Assembly: GCF_009914755.1 (NCBI RefSeq)
Contig: NC_060927.1
From: the human T2T-CHM13v2.0 reference genome, Homo sapiens
Direction: 5' to 3' (one strand)
Length of the DNA: 64,000 nt
A program made the position numbers and the translations under genes. Below the pieces are notes generated by a model, which worked only from the letters and a program-made list of their open reading frames with translations, did not search any database and had not been told where the DNA came from. Shown piece after piece: positions 18,410 through 34,136 of the stretch. The number at the start of each line of letters is the position of its first letter. Position 1 is the stretch's first letter.

Positions 18410-19591
18410 GTAATTTTTAATTGATAAATAAAAATGGTATATGTTTGTGGTGTACAATATGATGTTTTGAAATATATATACACACATTGTAGAATGGCTG
18501 TATCAGGCTATTTAACATTTGCATTACCTCACATACTTTTTTTTTGTGGTGTGAATGTTTAAAATCTAGTCTCAGCAATTTTCAAGTATACAGTACACTG
18601 TTATTAATCATAGTCACCATGATGTACAACAGATCTCCTATTTCTCCTGTTTAACTGAAATTTTGTGTCCTTTGGCCATTGTCTCCCCAGTCACCCTACC
18701 CTCAGGTTCTGGTAACTACCATTTTACTCTCTGTTTCTATGAGTTTGTTTTCTTTAGATTCCACAGATAAGTGAGGTTATGCTCTATTTGTCTTTCCTGT
18801 GCCAGGCTTATTTCACTAAATGTAATGTTCTCCAGGTTCATCCTCGTTGTGGCAAATGACATAATTTCTTTGTTTTAAAAGGCTGACTAGTATTCCATTG
18901 TGCATATATGCCACGGTTTTTTTTTTCTTTTTTTACAGGCAGGGTCTCACTGTGTTGCCCAGGCTGGAGTACAGTGGTGCGAACACAGCTCACTACAGCC
19001 TGGGTCTCCCAGGCTCAAGTGATCCTGATCCCTTAGGGCCCAGCTGCCTCATCCTCCCAAGTAGTTGGGACCACAGGTGCACAATACCACACCCAGCTAC
19101 TGTATTAATTTTTTTAGAGATGGGGTTTCACCATGTTGCTTAGGCTGGTCTCAAACTCTTGGGCTCAAGCAATCCTTCTGTCTTGGCCTCCCAAAGTTGC
19201 AGGATTACAGGTGTGTGCCACTATGCCTGACCAACTACGTTTTCTTGATCCATTCGTCCATGGATGGATACTTAAGTTGATTCCATATTTCAGTTACTGT
19301 GAATAATACTGCAGTGAACATGTGAGTGCAGATCTCTTCCACGTACTGATTCCATATCCTTTGGCTATATCATTGGATCAAATGGGAGTTCTATTTTTAA
19401 TACTTTCAGCAGCCTCCATACTGTTTTCCATAATGGCTGTACTGATTTACATTCCCACCAACAGTGTGCAAGGGTGCCATTGCTCCACATCCTAACACCA
19501 ATCTTTGTCTTTTTGGTAGTAGCCATTCTAATGGGTGTGAGGTGGTATCTCAGTGTGGCTTTAGTTTGCATTTCCCTGATGATTAGTTGAG

Positions 19592-19639
<48 letters not shown>

Positions 19640-19835
19640 CTATTAGTCATTTGTCTATTTTCTTCTGAGAAATGTCTTTTTAGGTCCTTTGCCCATTTTA
19701 AAAATTAGATTATTTGTTTTCTTGCAATTGAGTTGCTTGAGTTCCTTATATGTTTAGGGTATTAAGCCCTTATCAGATATATGTTTTGCAAATATATTCT
19801 CCCATTTCGTAGATTATCTCTGCACTCTGTTGTTT
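18410..19835 (-). mobile_element. L1MA-like 3' end with an inserted AluJ (~18917-19233) and (CA)n at 19594-19637
   Basis: gtacaatatgatgttttga, ttagattccacagataagtgag and tttacattcccaccaacagtgt L1 motifs. Confidence 0.85.
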
Positions 19836-19847
19836 CTCAGTATGATT

Positions 19848-20663
<816 letters not shown>

Positions 20664-20809
20664 AAAGAGCCAGTATTTTTATTGTGTGTCAGGAGGGAAA
20701 GAAGATGGTGTAGATATCAAGTAGTGAAATGAGTAAGGGCTATAAATTGAGTCTTGAGATGTTTGAAGAGTATATATTAATCCTAGTAAAATGCCTTAGA
20801 ATTGTTTAG

Positions 20810-20935
20810 ACCAACACTGTATAGTAGAACTGTCCAATATAGTAGCTATGGCTGAGAGACTGTATTTGAGATCATGCAATTTCCTTTAAATAGCCACCGG
20901 TGGCTAGTAACTGTTACATTGGACAGTTCAGGTTT
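20810..20935. mobile_element. MER3/MER33-like hAT-Charlie MITE relic
   Basis: Internal palindrome aactgtccaatatagtagcta ... tagtaactgttacattggacagtt. Confidence 0.6.
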
Positions 20936-21781
20936 AAACTAGTTTTCTCAATTTTTTTCATTATTGTACCTCTCTTTTACCCCTAAGCCTTTTTAGACCT
21001 TTTTTTCCTAATGTCTCCCCTGCTTCAATGAAATTTTAATACCGTGGATATGCTGTGCATACATTGTGGCTCCTAGAGGGCTGCAGATCCATGTTAATTA
21101 TCACCTCTGTTAGGAATGTGTGGTCTAGACTAATCAGGGATTGGCATCATAGTGAAGCCTAACCAACTGTTGTTATATTTCTTGGGCAGTTAAAATCACT
21201 AAAGGCTAATCATACTTACGATGAGTATTATTCAGAACTTCAGAACTGAGAAAGTTTTTGGAGTTTTGGAAGTTTATAAAATGCTCAGTCATCCTGTTTT
21301 TCTTCATATGTGACATTCTTAAAGCATCAACTTGTTTTAGTAATGGATAGTACTTGTACAAAGATACAGACATTTAAAGAAATAAAAGGAGCCTAATCCA
21401 GCCAGAGGTAGGCAACCAAGAAGTTAAGGCATCTAGAAGCCATGTTGCTTGCAGAAGAGTTGAGAGAACCAGAGATGTACAGTTTTGGTGATCGATAGAC
21501 TGGGTGTCTCAAATAATAAGGGATATCACATGGGAAAAGGATTAGATTGGTACTTTGCTGCCTCACAGAACAAGGCAGGGAGAAGAACTACACAGAGACA
21601 GAATCTAGTTCACTGCATGATTTTGCAGCTAGAATAGTTTGAAGATGGAACACTGCATAGGAGGAAGTTAATCATTATTGAAAGTGTTTGGGCAGAAACC
21701 AGGTGATGTTTCAGTATTGTGGACCAAGTATATCGACTAATATAGAGCTGAAATAAAATGACTTTTAAGGATTCATTGTGG

Positions 21782-22078
<297 letters not shown>

Positions 22079-22150
22079 TCATTGTGGCTGAGTTTCAGGT
22101 GCTTTGGTTTTGTTCTACAGCTGGCCTCACCATTTCTAAATACATAGAAT

Positions 22151-23023
22151 TGTAACCATAAGAGGTCCATTACCTGATGCATGCAGCAATGCTGAGACAC
22201 TGGGTTGTAGCAGAGAAAGAGTTGTGTGTGTGTTGGGGTGGGGTGGGGGGGTGGTGTTGGAGACAGGATCTTGCTCTGTTACCCAGACTGGAGTACAGTG
22301 GCAAGATCATAGTTCACTGCAGCCTTGAACTCCTAGGCTCAGGAGATTCTCCTGCCTCAGCCTCCTGAGTAGCTGGGAGTAGGCACGATACCATGCTTGG
22401 CTAATTTCTTATTTTTTGTAAAGACGAGGTCTTGCTGTGTTGCCCAGGCTGGTCTCGAAACTCCTGGTCTCCCAAATTGTTGGGATTACAGGTGTGCCAC
22501 CGTGCCCAGCTGAGAAAGAGGTTTAATCATAGGGCCACCTCATGAGGAGATAGGAGAGAACTGCACATCCATTTCCCTAGGGAGTTTGGGGCTGGGATTT
22601 CTAAGGGTTTTAAGTGGGCTGAAGTGTGGAGATTGTTGATTGGTCAAAGAGTGCAGAGTGAAGTCATGGGACAGGGAGAGAAGCTGTATTCTCATGCTGA
22701 TCATGTTCCTCCATGGGGGTCTTCAAACTGGTTGCTGGAATTGGGGTCTGATATACATCTTAAGCAATCCTTAAATAAAAGCCTTATGATTCTAATGTCA
22801 GAGATGCTGTCTATAGGAACAGTGGGGACACAAATCAATTTTCACACAATTTTATGACCCTGATGTTAGAAATCCTATCTCTAGGAACAGTGGGGATGCA
22901 AAAAGTCAGACTTGTAGCAACAAGGAAAGGGGCCAAAGTACAGTCTGATTAATGCTTTGTTGTAACTATATTTCTATCCAGAACCAGCAGGCCATTTTTT
23001 TAAACTCTGTGGAGGCGGTTTCA
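22151..23023 (-). mobile_element. ERV1 MER4-group solo LTR (LOR1-like) with an inserted AluJ (~22255-22511)
   Basis: tgtaacc...ggtttca ends, 4-bp TSD gaat on both sides, Alu TSD gagaaagag. Confidence 0.75.
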
Positions 23024-24029
23024 GAATTGTGTAGATGCCCTTGTCCAGGAAGGAGTTGTGAAGTAGCTAGTTGAATATAGCCACTGAGGTTTCCAGTTTA
23101 ACACTTACAAAGCTACAGGACACAATCTTGTACTTACCAGCTTATAGAGAACTGAGATGGCCCCTTTTTGAAGTAAGAAAGTGTTTACAGTTTTGTCTGC
23201 AGGTCATCCCCAGCACCTAGCTCAGTAATGGACACTTCATGGCACTCAGCAAGTGTTTGAACTGGATTTGGTGTGTTTACCCCCTAGCTCATGGTCAGTG
23301 ACTACTGCTTCTGAATTAAAAATAGCAACACATGATCAGATTTAAGTGGGGCCAGAAAGAGGCTGTTAGGGCATAGGATATTTTAGCATGAAGTGGATAG
23401 GATCATGAGTGGTAACCCATGTTCTTAGGGCCCATGTGCCTATGTGGTCACTGCAAAACAATAAAAGTGGAGGCAAGAATTCAAATTAGTATATGGGAGT
23501 GAGCCACTTAGTGACCCAGTGCCCATGTTTCAGTGCTGCTTTGTTTTTCTTCTAACAAAGGGCATTTTTGCCCTATGTAAAAATTGGTATTGGCCAATTA
23601 GGACTTCACAAAGGTCTCCATATCTTCCTCAAATGACAAGGGTCTTATGCTAAATGTGACTCTCTACTGCCCTGTTTGTTAACATATGATGCAGTACACC
23701 AATGCAGATCACACTGCAGTTTTAGGTAGTATATAGCTGAATGCATAATTTGTATTAGAAATACAACAAGGACATTAGACTCATGTCTGCATTGACATGG
23801 ATACAGCAAAAATCTTGAAGTTAGTGTGAGAGATTACAGTAGTGAGATTTGGAAGATGGAATAATACTTGTTGATTAAGTGCATATTTTTCATTTAAGTT
23901 AGAAAAGCCCTCATAACAAAGCCACCCATATTTCATGTGTCAAATGGAATGCTAGGAGCTTTCTGTGCATTATCTCATTTGTGGAGGATTCTCATTTTTC
24001 ACATGGAAGCAGAGGGGCATTTAAGTTCA

Positions 24030-24672
24030 CACAGCTGCCACTTGGGGTAGCTTATCCCTGTAATCCCAGCACTTTGGGAGGCCAAGGTGGGAAAGAATGT
24101 GTGAACCCAGGAGTTTGAGACCAGCCTGGGCAATGTAGAGAGACCTCATCTCTACCAAAAAATTTTTCAAAAAAGAAAAGCTGGGCATGGTGGCGTGTGC
24201 CTGTAGTCCCATCTGTTCAAGAGGCCAAGGGTGGGAGGATCTCTTGAGCCCCGGCGGTCGAGGCTGCAGTGATCATGCTCTACTGCACTCCAGTCTGGGA
24301 AGGAGGGAGAGACCTTGTCTGAAAAAACAAAAAACAGTTCACACAGCTGAATGTATCTGAGGTGAGATTGAAACCCATGGTTGTGGCCGGGCACGGTGGC
24401 TTACTGTAATCCCAGCACTTTGGGAGGCCGAGGCGCTGAATTACCTGAGGCCAGGAGTTCGAGACCAACCTGGGCAACATGGTGAAACCCTGTCTCTACC
24501 AAAAATACAAAAATCAGTTGGGTGCGGTGGCACGTGCCTGTAATCCCAGCTCCTCAGGTGGCTGAGACAGGAGAATCCCTTGAACTTGGGAGGCAGAAGT
24601 TGCAGTGAGCCAAGATCGCGCCACTGCACTCCAGCCTGGGCGACAGAGCGAGACTCCATCTCAAAAACAAAA
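24030..24672 (+). mobile_element. Two sense Alus (J-like ~24035-24335; S-like 24386-24672)
   Basis: TSDs agttcacacagctg and aaacccatggttgtg respectively. Confidence 0.9.
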
Positions 24673-27600
24673 CCCATGGTTGTGATCCTAAAACCGGAAG
24701 GTTGGCTTTCCATTGTCTTGTTTTGGCAATTTCTAGCCATCTTTCTTTCCCCAGTGTTCAGTATAATTAGCAGTCTTCCTGAGAATTTGGGAGCATTTCC
24801 TTCTGGTTACCTACAATAGGGACTGTGATCTCAAGTTCCTTAAGCATCTTTGAATGGGACAAAATAGAACCTGGCCTGCTACCTTGCACATGACTAGCTA
24901 TGGAGCCTTAGACAAGTTGTGTAAATCTCGAATTCTCAGGAAGAAAATGCCATTTGAGCTCTAGCTGAATGGAGAAACACTGCACATGCCAGAACCGTTC
25001 TCCCTCATGGTCCATCCAGGCTGATGCCCGCATGGGTGGAGATGCTTGCTGTCTTCCTCCCTGTGCCCTTTTCCCAGCCTCACAAGCAGCGTGTGAGGTC
25101 ACCTTTGATGGTGCCACATAAGCTCCATGGGCTGGCTCTAAGGGACAGCACTGTGTTCATGGCACAAAGGCCTGCTGTGACCAGTAGTAACAGCAAAAGT
25201 GACTGTACCTTCTGATACTTAGCCACCCCTTCTTGTGACACACATCAGCATGCCTCTGTTGTCCATAGTAGGCTCTAGTAGGATGCAGGGCTGTCAGCAG
25301 AATTTATTGAAACCTGGAAATGGCGGGGTGGGGGGTGGGGGAAGTGCCCAGGCATTCTTTATGTCTTGTATAATCTCTCTAGATTTTGTTTACTCTCTTC
25401 AACTATTTATTACCAAAGGATCACAGGTCACCAAGCATGAGGAAGTACTGTCTATACGTTTTAAGTAAGAGTCCAGGTAACACTTATTGTTGTTGCTGCT
25501 TCAGAGAATTCTCCTTGGCCAGAATTGTCAGCCCACCTTTTCTTGCTTAGTGGTATATATGAGGTGTCATAATGGGCAAGAGGTTCAAAGTCTTCATTTG
25601 AGTAAGAGAGTGTCTTGTGCTAAGCATCTGCAGCCCTCAGGGGAACCTAAAAGAAGGCACTCTCACAGAGGCAGTGACCCAAAAATGTATATCTAAACAA
25701 AGACAGATTGGCATTCTCCATCATCTCTTACTTGGCCTCTGGGCATGTCCACTGTCCCTGCACAATTGTTTACCAAGCCCTTGCACCACAGGCACTACTG
25801 GGATTAGGAATTTGGGGATGAAGGAGAGAATACCTTCAAGGAGAATTTATCCCCCGCCCCCCCGCCCCCCACAAACACACACCTCCCACCTGCTCTATCC
25901 TCCTCCTGCCCTACCCCCACTTAGATGAGAGGCAGAGACCCAGGTAGTCATGATTCAAGTATGCTTTTCAAAAAGGTGTCTGGGCCCCAGGTGCTCTTGC
26001 GTTTGAGGGAGTAGTATCCAGGAAGACAGGCTCTCAACACTGCCTAGACCTCACCTGCCCCCTCCAGATGAGCAGGCTCCTGGGCAGAAAGGGCATTACA
26101 TTAGGGGGTGAGGTGGGACCCTGTGGGAGGAATGGCAAGCCCATTTGAGACAAGCCGTGTGGTGGCTGGGAACGAGGTGTATTCTGGAGAAGGACTGTAA
26201 GGGTAGACTAGATATCTCCCTCACCTGGCTGCTTTTATGTGCCCGCTCAGGCCTCTAGCCTTGGTGGATCTATGCCTTCGGGCCTTGTTCCTGAATCCCA
26301 ACTGTCTCATTGGCCTGCCAGGATAACTTACTGCGCCACCCCCCTGATGCTTAGCTGCTCTCTGTACCTGAACCATCAATCTTGCTCTTTCTCATTCCAG
26401 TCATTTAACATTTTCCAGCATGCTTTCTGGGAACTTCTCTGAAGCTTGTTAAGGGATTGATAACCAGTAAAATGTTTTGACCAGTTATTTTTAACATGCT
26501 GAACACTTCTTTTTAGGCATTGCACGTTCAGCTGTTTAGTCTTGCCTTTGAAAACATTCAGTATTTCTGCTGGTAGTGCTCTCTCCTTTGCTGTACTTTG
26601 CCATGATTATGTCATCTGGGCCACCAGACAGCAGACCTCTAGATGGCAGGTCCAGCCATCTCTTCTCTTTTGCTTTCCGTGTCTGGTGAATGCACGTAAC
26701 ATTCCCAATTTAGCACAGGCGTCTAGATAGACTTCAGCCATAAAATCCTAGCACAAACTAGTATTCCCTCAGTTAACAGTGAAGCTTAAATATAACTAAA
26801 TACCACTGTATCTTTAAAAATAGATTTGGTTGAGAATCACCTCAAACTTAGCATGTCTAAAATCAAACACAATTCCTCCCCAAGAAACACGTTACTGTTT
26901 TTCAGACTTCCCTGATCTAAGAAATCCTCTTGGTCCCATGAGACATAAACACAGGTGACTTCCTTGGCGTTTTCCCTCATTTCCCATACCCATCCCAATC
27001 CAATCCATCACTAGATGCCATCCACCTTTACTTTCTCCCCATTCTCTTCTGCTTTCACACTGGTCTAGTGCAGTCCTCTCTTGCCTGAAGGTGGCGCAGC
27101 ATCCTCACTGTCCACCGCAGGGTCTCCTACCCTCCCCACTGCAGGCAGGCAGGGCGCTGGCTCTGCAGGATGAACACTGCTGCTTAGAAATCTCCACAAG
27201 TCAGGCTTCTCATTACTCTGTGGTTTTGGGACCTTAGTACGGCCCACTGTGTCCTGCGTGATCAGGCCCAGGCACCTCATTTTCATATCCCCCTCCAAGT
27301 AAGGCCTTGCATGTGCGTTCTTTAAGGAAAACTGTTTGTTCCCTTTTCCCCCTTCATATCCAGGTTCAGTTCTTCCCAGAGGAATCCTTCCCTAATTCTC
27401 CCAACCAAGGTAATTACCCTTAAAGTAAACTTAACACGTCTTGATCACAGTAGTATTTTACTTTTTGCATTTGGTATGATTTCTCCTTATAGTCTCGTAT
27501 CTACTTTTGCCCTTGGTATATGTTTGATTAATATAGTAAGATTAATAACACAATGATTAGTAGTCCTGGGGCTTAAGAGTTCTATTCATGGCATGATTTT

Positions 27601-27796
27601 TTTTTTTTTTTTTTGGAGACAGTCTCGCTCTGTCGCCCAGGCTGGAGTGCAGTGATGCAATCCCAGCTCACTGAAACTTCTACCCCCCAGGTTCTAGTGA
27701 GTCTCCTGCCTCAGCCTCCCTGGTAGCTGGGATTACCAAATATTGGAGTAGAGCTTCTTAACTCTGTAGAAGAGAGAACAGAATTACATTTTTGCA

Positions 27797-28098
27797 TCTG
27801 GGCACAGTGGTGCATACCTATAGTCCCAGCCACTCAGGAGGCTGAGGCAGGAGGTCACTTGAGCCACAGGAGTTCTGGGTTTTAGGGCATTATACCAATT
27901 GGGTGTCTGCATTAACTTCGGCATCAGTAGAGTGACCCCTCAGAAGCAGGTGACCACCAGGTTGCCCAGGGAGGGTGAACCGGCCCAGGTTGCGAATAGA
28001 GCAGATGAAACATCTCTCCTATGCTGATCAGTAGTGGGATTGCACCTGTAAAAAGCCACTGCACTCCAACCTGGACAACACAGTGAAACCCGTCTCTT
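27797..28098 (+). pseudogene. Full-length 7SL (SRP RNA) retropseudogene, diverged
   Basis: Alu-domain ends enclose the S domain (gggtgtctgcattaacttcggcatc...accaccaggttgcccaggagggtgaaccggcccaggtt...tgctgatcagtagtgggat), followed by an A-rich tail. Confidence 0.92.
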
Positions 28099-28126
28099 GA
28101 AAATAAAAAATTAAAAGAATTTTTTA

Positions 28127-28416
28127 GGCTGGGCACAGTGGCTTATGCCTGCAATCCCAGCACTTTGGGAGGCTGAGCCAGGCAGATCAGTTGAATTCAG
28201 GAGTTTGAGACCAGCCTGGCCAAAATGGTGAAACCCCATCTCTACTAAAAATACAAAAAGGCGTGGTGGCTCGCACCTGCAGTCCTAGCTATTCGGGAGG
28301 CTGAGACAGAGTTGCCTGAACCCTGGAGGGGGAAGTTGCAGTGAACAGAGATCGCGCCACTGTACTCCAACCTGGGCGACAGAGCAAGACTGTCTCAAAA
28401 AAAAAAAAAAAAAAAA
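28127..28416 (+). mobile_element. AluS inserted in the A-tail of the 7SL copy (a partial antisense Alu lies at ~27598-27737)
   Basis: Alu dimer with poly(A). Confidence 0.88.
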
Positions 28417-30278
28417 TTCTTTAAGGTATTTGGTCAGCTCCTTGATGTGCTTCTCTCACTAGATATTTTCATTGTAATGAAAGTGTTTATCCTGCCCCCC
28501 TAGATCCTTAATGTTTCTTTTCAAAGGCTTCTGTCTTTTCCTACTGAGTTTCTTCCTAGAGGTGGTAATTCTAAATGGAACAACAGACTGACGGCCTACT
28601 TCCCGAGTGCCCCCAAATGACTTCATAATTCCACAAAAGTGGCTTGGCCAGAGCCATCCACTCATCCCCTTCCTTCTTCCTTGTCAGACTACTGGTCTTT
28701 CTATTCTTGCCCCCTCCCCAGAATGAATATTTTTAGAAACCAAGTGACTCCTGATGAGCTTCTTTTTCTTCATCTGTTAAATGGGAATTCTCATTGTATC
28801 CCTATAGGCTTGGTTTGTTGGAGGAGTAAACAAATTGCCCCAGGAAAGTCTGTAGTACAGTCCCCGGCACAAAGTGCATTCTGTAAGTGGTAGTGATGTC
28901 TTGCTGTTTCAGGGGGTCTTCACTATTCAGGCCCTAATTAGATTCCTCAGTTTGGGAAGTTGAGAAGAGTCTGCCTACAACAGACACTGCTGTTCTGCTT
29001 GATGCCCAGTGCAGTAGTATTATGTGACTTTCGATGCCTTTCTGGTCTCTCCTCATGACCTTCTCCAAAACTTTATGAGCAAATATTGCTTGCCTACTTC
29101 ACTCTGAGCCTTGAAGTCAATCAGTTTTGAGGGCAAGATGACTGCTGGGTCTTCTCTAATGGTCATATACAGAGCATGAAGTCTTGGAAGAAAATGAGAT
29201 GGACAGAGAGACATTTACCCATGTTCCGTGCTGGTGAAAGTGTGGAATGTTACTTTGGAATCTGCTCAGAAGCCTGCTACTTCCGAACTCTGTATCCCTA
29301 TGATGCTTCCTTCCCAGTGCTATATTTAGATCATATGTGCAATAAGTCACATTCTAGTAGGCAGGGTAGGCAAAGACCATCAGCAGAATGAGAGACACAT
29401 GGATGAAATGTATTCTACTAATCCAAGAAATGCCGAGTGATTAAAACATTTGTGAGTCTGATCAGATTATGCTGACAGAGTGTATATGTAGGTTCATCTC
29501 ATCATAATTGAAAACAATGCATACTTAGCAGCAAGGGAAATTTTGAGATTATCCATGTGCTGAATATCATGCAACCTTAATGTTAATAACATGGGAAGAT
29601 ATTTAATATAGAAAAAGCAAGATGCAAAGTTATACATGGTATATAACCTCAACCATTTGAAGGAAAACTAGAAAGACATATACTCTAATACTAATAGTGA
29701 TTGCTTCTGGGAGATGGAATTGTCAGTAGCTTTTTGTCTTCATTCTTTCGTACCTTCCTGAGTTTTCTACAATTTGATACCATAGTTAGGGTGGGAACAG
29801 TGCAGGGGAGCAGAAAAGCCAACTGTGATTAGGACCCAGTTGTTGCAGACAGGCAACTTGGAAACACCAACCAACTAAAAATGTTAACAAACTATAGAAC
29901 ATTAATTGGTTTAACTGTCATGGCTTTGTTGAACCTTTAGCATTTGTTCAAATATCTAGTGCTATCATTACGGTTTTGGATCGGGCACAACATGTAAATC
30001 AGAACAGTAGTTGTAGACTCTTCACATCAGTGGTTTCCAAACTTGGTGTGTATGCCTGAATTGCCATAAAAGACTTGTTAAAAGTCCCAGCCCTCACAAG
30101 CCAGAATCCTCCTTTGGGTGAGAGCTGGTACTGCAAAATGGCATGGTAGGACCTGGGCTGACACTCCTGGTAATTCCAGCTCTGCCACTTCGTTGCTGTC
30201 TGACTGTGGATGTGATGAACACCTGGTTCAATTTCATCTCCTGCATTTTACACTGTTGTTTTGATGGCTTTGCAGATA

Positions 30279-31249
30279 TAGTAATCCTCTTTATCTGCAG
30301 TCAATCGTGGTCTGAAAATATTAAACGGGAAACTATAGAAATACTATTCTTAAGTTTCTTTTTGTTTGTCTGCTTTTTGAGACAGAGGGTTGTTCTGTCA
30401 CCCAGGCTGGAGGGCAGTGGAGCGATCATAGCTCACTGGAGCCTTAAACTCCTGGGCTCAAGCCATCTTCCCACCTCGGCCTGCCGAGTAACTGGGACTT
30501 ACAGGAGTGTACCACCATGCCCAGGTAATGTATTAAATATTTTGTAGCGACTGGGTTTCAACATGTTGCCCAGGTTGGTCTCAAAACTCCTGGCCTTAAG
30601 CAGTCTTCCTGCCTCAGCCTCCCAGAGTTCTGGGATTACAGGCATGAGCCACTGCACCCTGCCATAAGTTTTAAATTGCGTGCTGTTTGGATTAGCTTGA
30701 TGAAGCTTGTGCTATCCCACCCAGGAAGTGAATCATCGCTTTGTCCAGGGTTTCTACACCATAGATGCTACCTGCCCGTTAGTCACTTAGTAGCTGTCTT
30801 GGTTATCACATCAATGTTGCAATGCTTGTGTTCAAGTAACTCATAATTGACTTAATAATGGTCCCAAAGCACAAGATGCTGGCAATTTGGTTATGCCACA
30901 GAGAAGCTCTTGAAGTGAAAAGGTAAAAATTGTTGACTTAATAAGGAAAGTGAAAAAATTGTATGCCGAGGTTGCTAAAATTTGTGAGAACATATTTTCT
31001 ATCTTTGAAATTGTGAAGAAGGAAAAAGAAAATCATGCTAATTTTGCTGTGACACCTCATACTGCAAAAGGTAAAAGCCACAGTATATGATGAGTGGTTA
31101 GTTACAATGGAAAAAGCATTAAATTTGTAGGTGGAAAACATGAACATCATCAATGTGTCCTGACGGATGACAAGTTTGGTACTTGCTGTGTTTCAGGCAT
31201 TCACTGGGGGTCTTGGGGCCTACCCCCCATGGATAAGTGGGTACTACTA
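30279..31249 (+). mobile_element. MER44/Tigger7-type Tc1-mariner relic with an inserted AluJ (~30358-30663)
   Basis: TIR-like ends tagtaatcctctttatc ... gataagtgggtactacta. Internal gtcaatcgtggtctgaaaatattaa and caggcattcactgggggtcttgg. Confidence 0.75.
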
Positions 31250-31977
31250 TACTTTGCTTTCAATTCCTGCAACACCATAAAGCCTTCACCTCCACGTGAG
31301 CTGTTATCCTACCTGCAAGAATTCAGACTTTCGAATTGCTAACTGACCCCCAACTTCCTAGCCCTTCCCTGCTGTCCTCATTTTCACCATAGCAGTCCTT
31401 TGCCCTTCCCCTAGGTACCCCTGTGTATTCCTGGTTAACCTCTTTCTGACCACCGACCTCTGCCCACCCAAGCCCTTGAACAATATTTTTCTTGATCTTT
31501 TTACCTGCTCATGTTTCCTTATTTTGTCTGCTTATGTGGCCATTTGGCTTTTCTGTGGCATAGATGAAGAAGGTGATGACTGCAGGCGAATAAAGGAAGA
31601 TGCCAGCTTTTGATTTGTTATGAGAAACATTGTACTTGAAAGAAAGAATTGTTTCATCGTTCAAATACTGGTACCAATACTGGTAGTTTCGCTCTGAGGA
31701 GCTTCTTCCGATGCACACTGGTGAGGTTTGGTTTGGTGGCAGAAGGAAAGAAATGTGTTATGAATATACCTTATTCTAGAAAATTTTTAGAGGATATTAA
31801 TATATACATGGATTAATGGATGTTATCTAAAATGCTTTCCTTGAAGGACCAGGTCTCAGAGATCTTATGTAACTCTTTCTTCCTTTCTACTCTGCTGGCT
31901 GCAGATTCTCCTGTGAGAGGAAGTGGTCGGTGCTTTAGAGAACTGTTTTCCAGTTAGAAATTTCAAACTTTGTAGCC

Positions 31978-32742
<765 letters not shown>

Positions 32743-33789
32743 CCTGGCTCTTTTCTAGAAACAAGTGTCCCATTCTTGATCTGGGAGAACATTAAGTACA
32801 AAAATATACCTTTTAACTTTTGCCAGTTTAAAGCCATCAATGTCCTGGTGAAAGAAGATGTGGAATTCTTAGTATCAGCTGTTTAGTACCATTTGCAACA
32901 ACTCTGAAATGCTTAGCCAGCCCTGAGTGAAGATGAAAATCTGCATTTAAATGTAATTTGTCTTACATGATGAGTGGAGATTTTTGTCATCAGAAATTGA
33001 TTTGAAAAAATCAACAGATTAACATTTTTCTCCAAAGTGGAGGTGGCTGTTTGAGTGTAAAGGTAATGTGCTCCTCTAAGAGTCACAGTTAAGTATAAGG
33101 AAACAAAAACATCTGTAATCCCACCACATGGAACAACTTGCTAATATTTGTGTATATTCCTTTCTGCTTCATGTGTAACCATTTTTACATTTAAATCTTT
33201 ACTCCTTTGGGAATCTCTTGGAAGAGGAGATGTAGAGATCTTAATTCTCACCAAAATTTTTCTGGCTCTTACCATTTAGTGAATTGTTCATCTTTTTGCC
33301 ACTGAATTTTATAATGCCATATTTGTCAAAATTGTTCATTTCTGGTGTCTGTTTCATTGATCGGTTTAGTCCTATTCCAGCACCCCACTGTTAATACTGT
33401 ATTTTTATAACATGCTTTTCAAGACTGTAAAGGCAAGTCTCTTGTCATTTGTGTTTTAGGGGAAGGGACATTTCTTGTGTATTTATTTATTTTTATGAAT
33501 AAAAACGGGATTGTTTATATTAAATGCTCCCCAGCCTCCCCTTCCCACCTCAAAAACAACAACAACAACAACAACCCTGGACTTGTTTAAATAGGAGAGA
33601 ATGCATGAATGCAAGTCTTTACATTAAGGCTCCCATAGACTGTTTATTCAAATTCTTTTTTTCTCTGTAAAATTATTTTTCTCATTTAGGTCCTGTACTC
33701 GTGCTAACCACTGTAATAGTGATTGTTGTATAAATGGGAAAAATCTTTCAGGAAAGTGAATTAGCAAAAATCATGAAAACTTCTTCATG

Positions 33790-34136
<347 letters not shown>

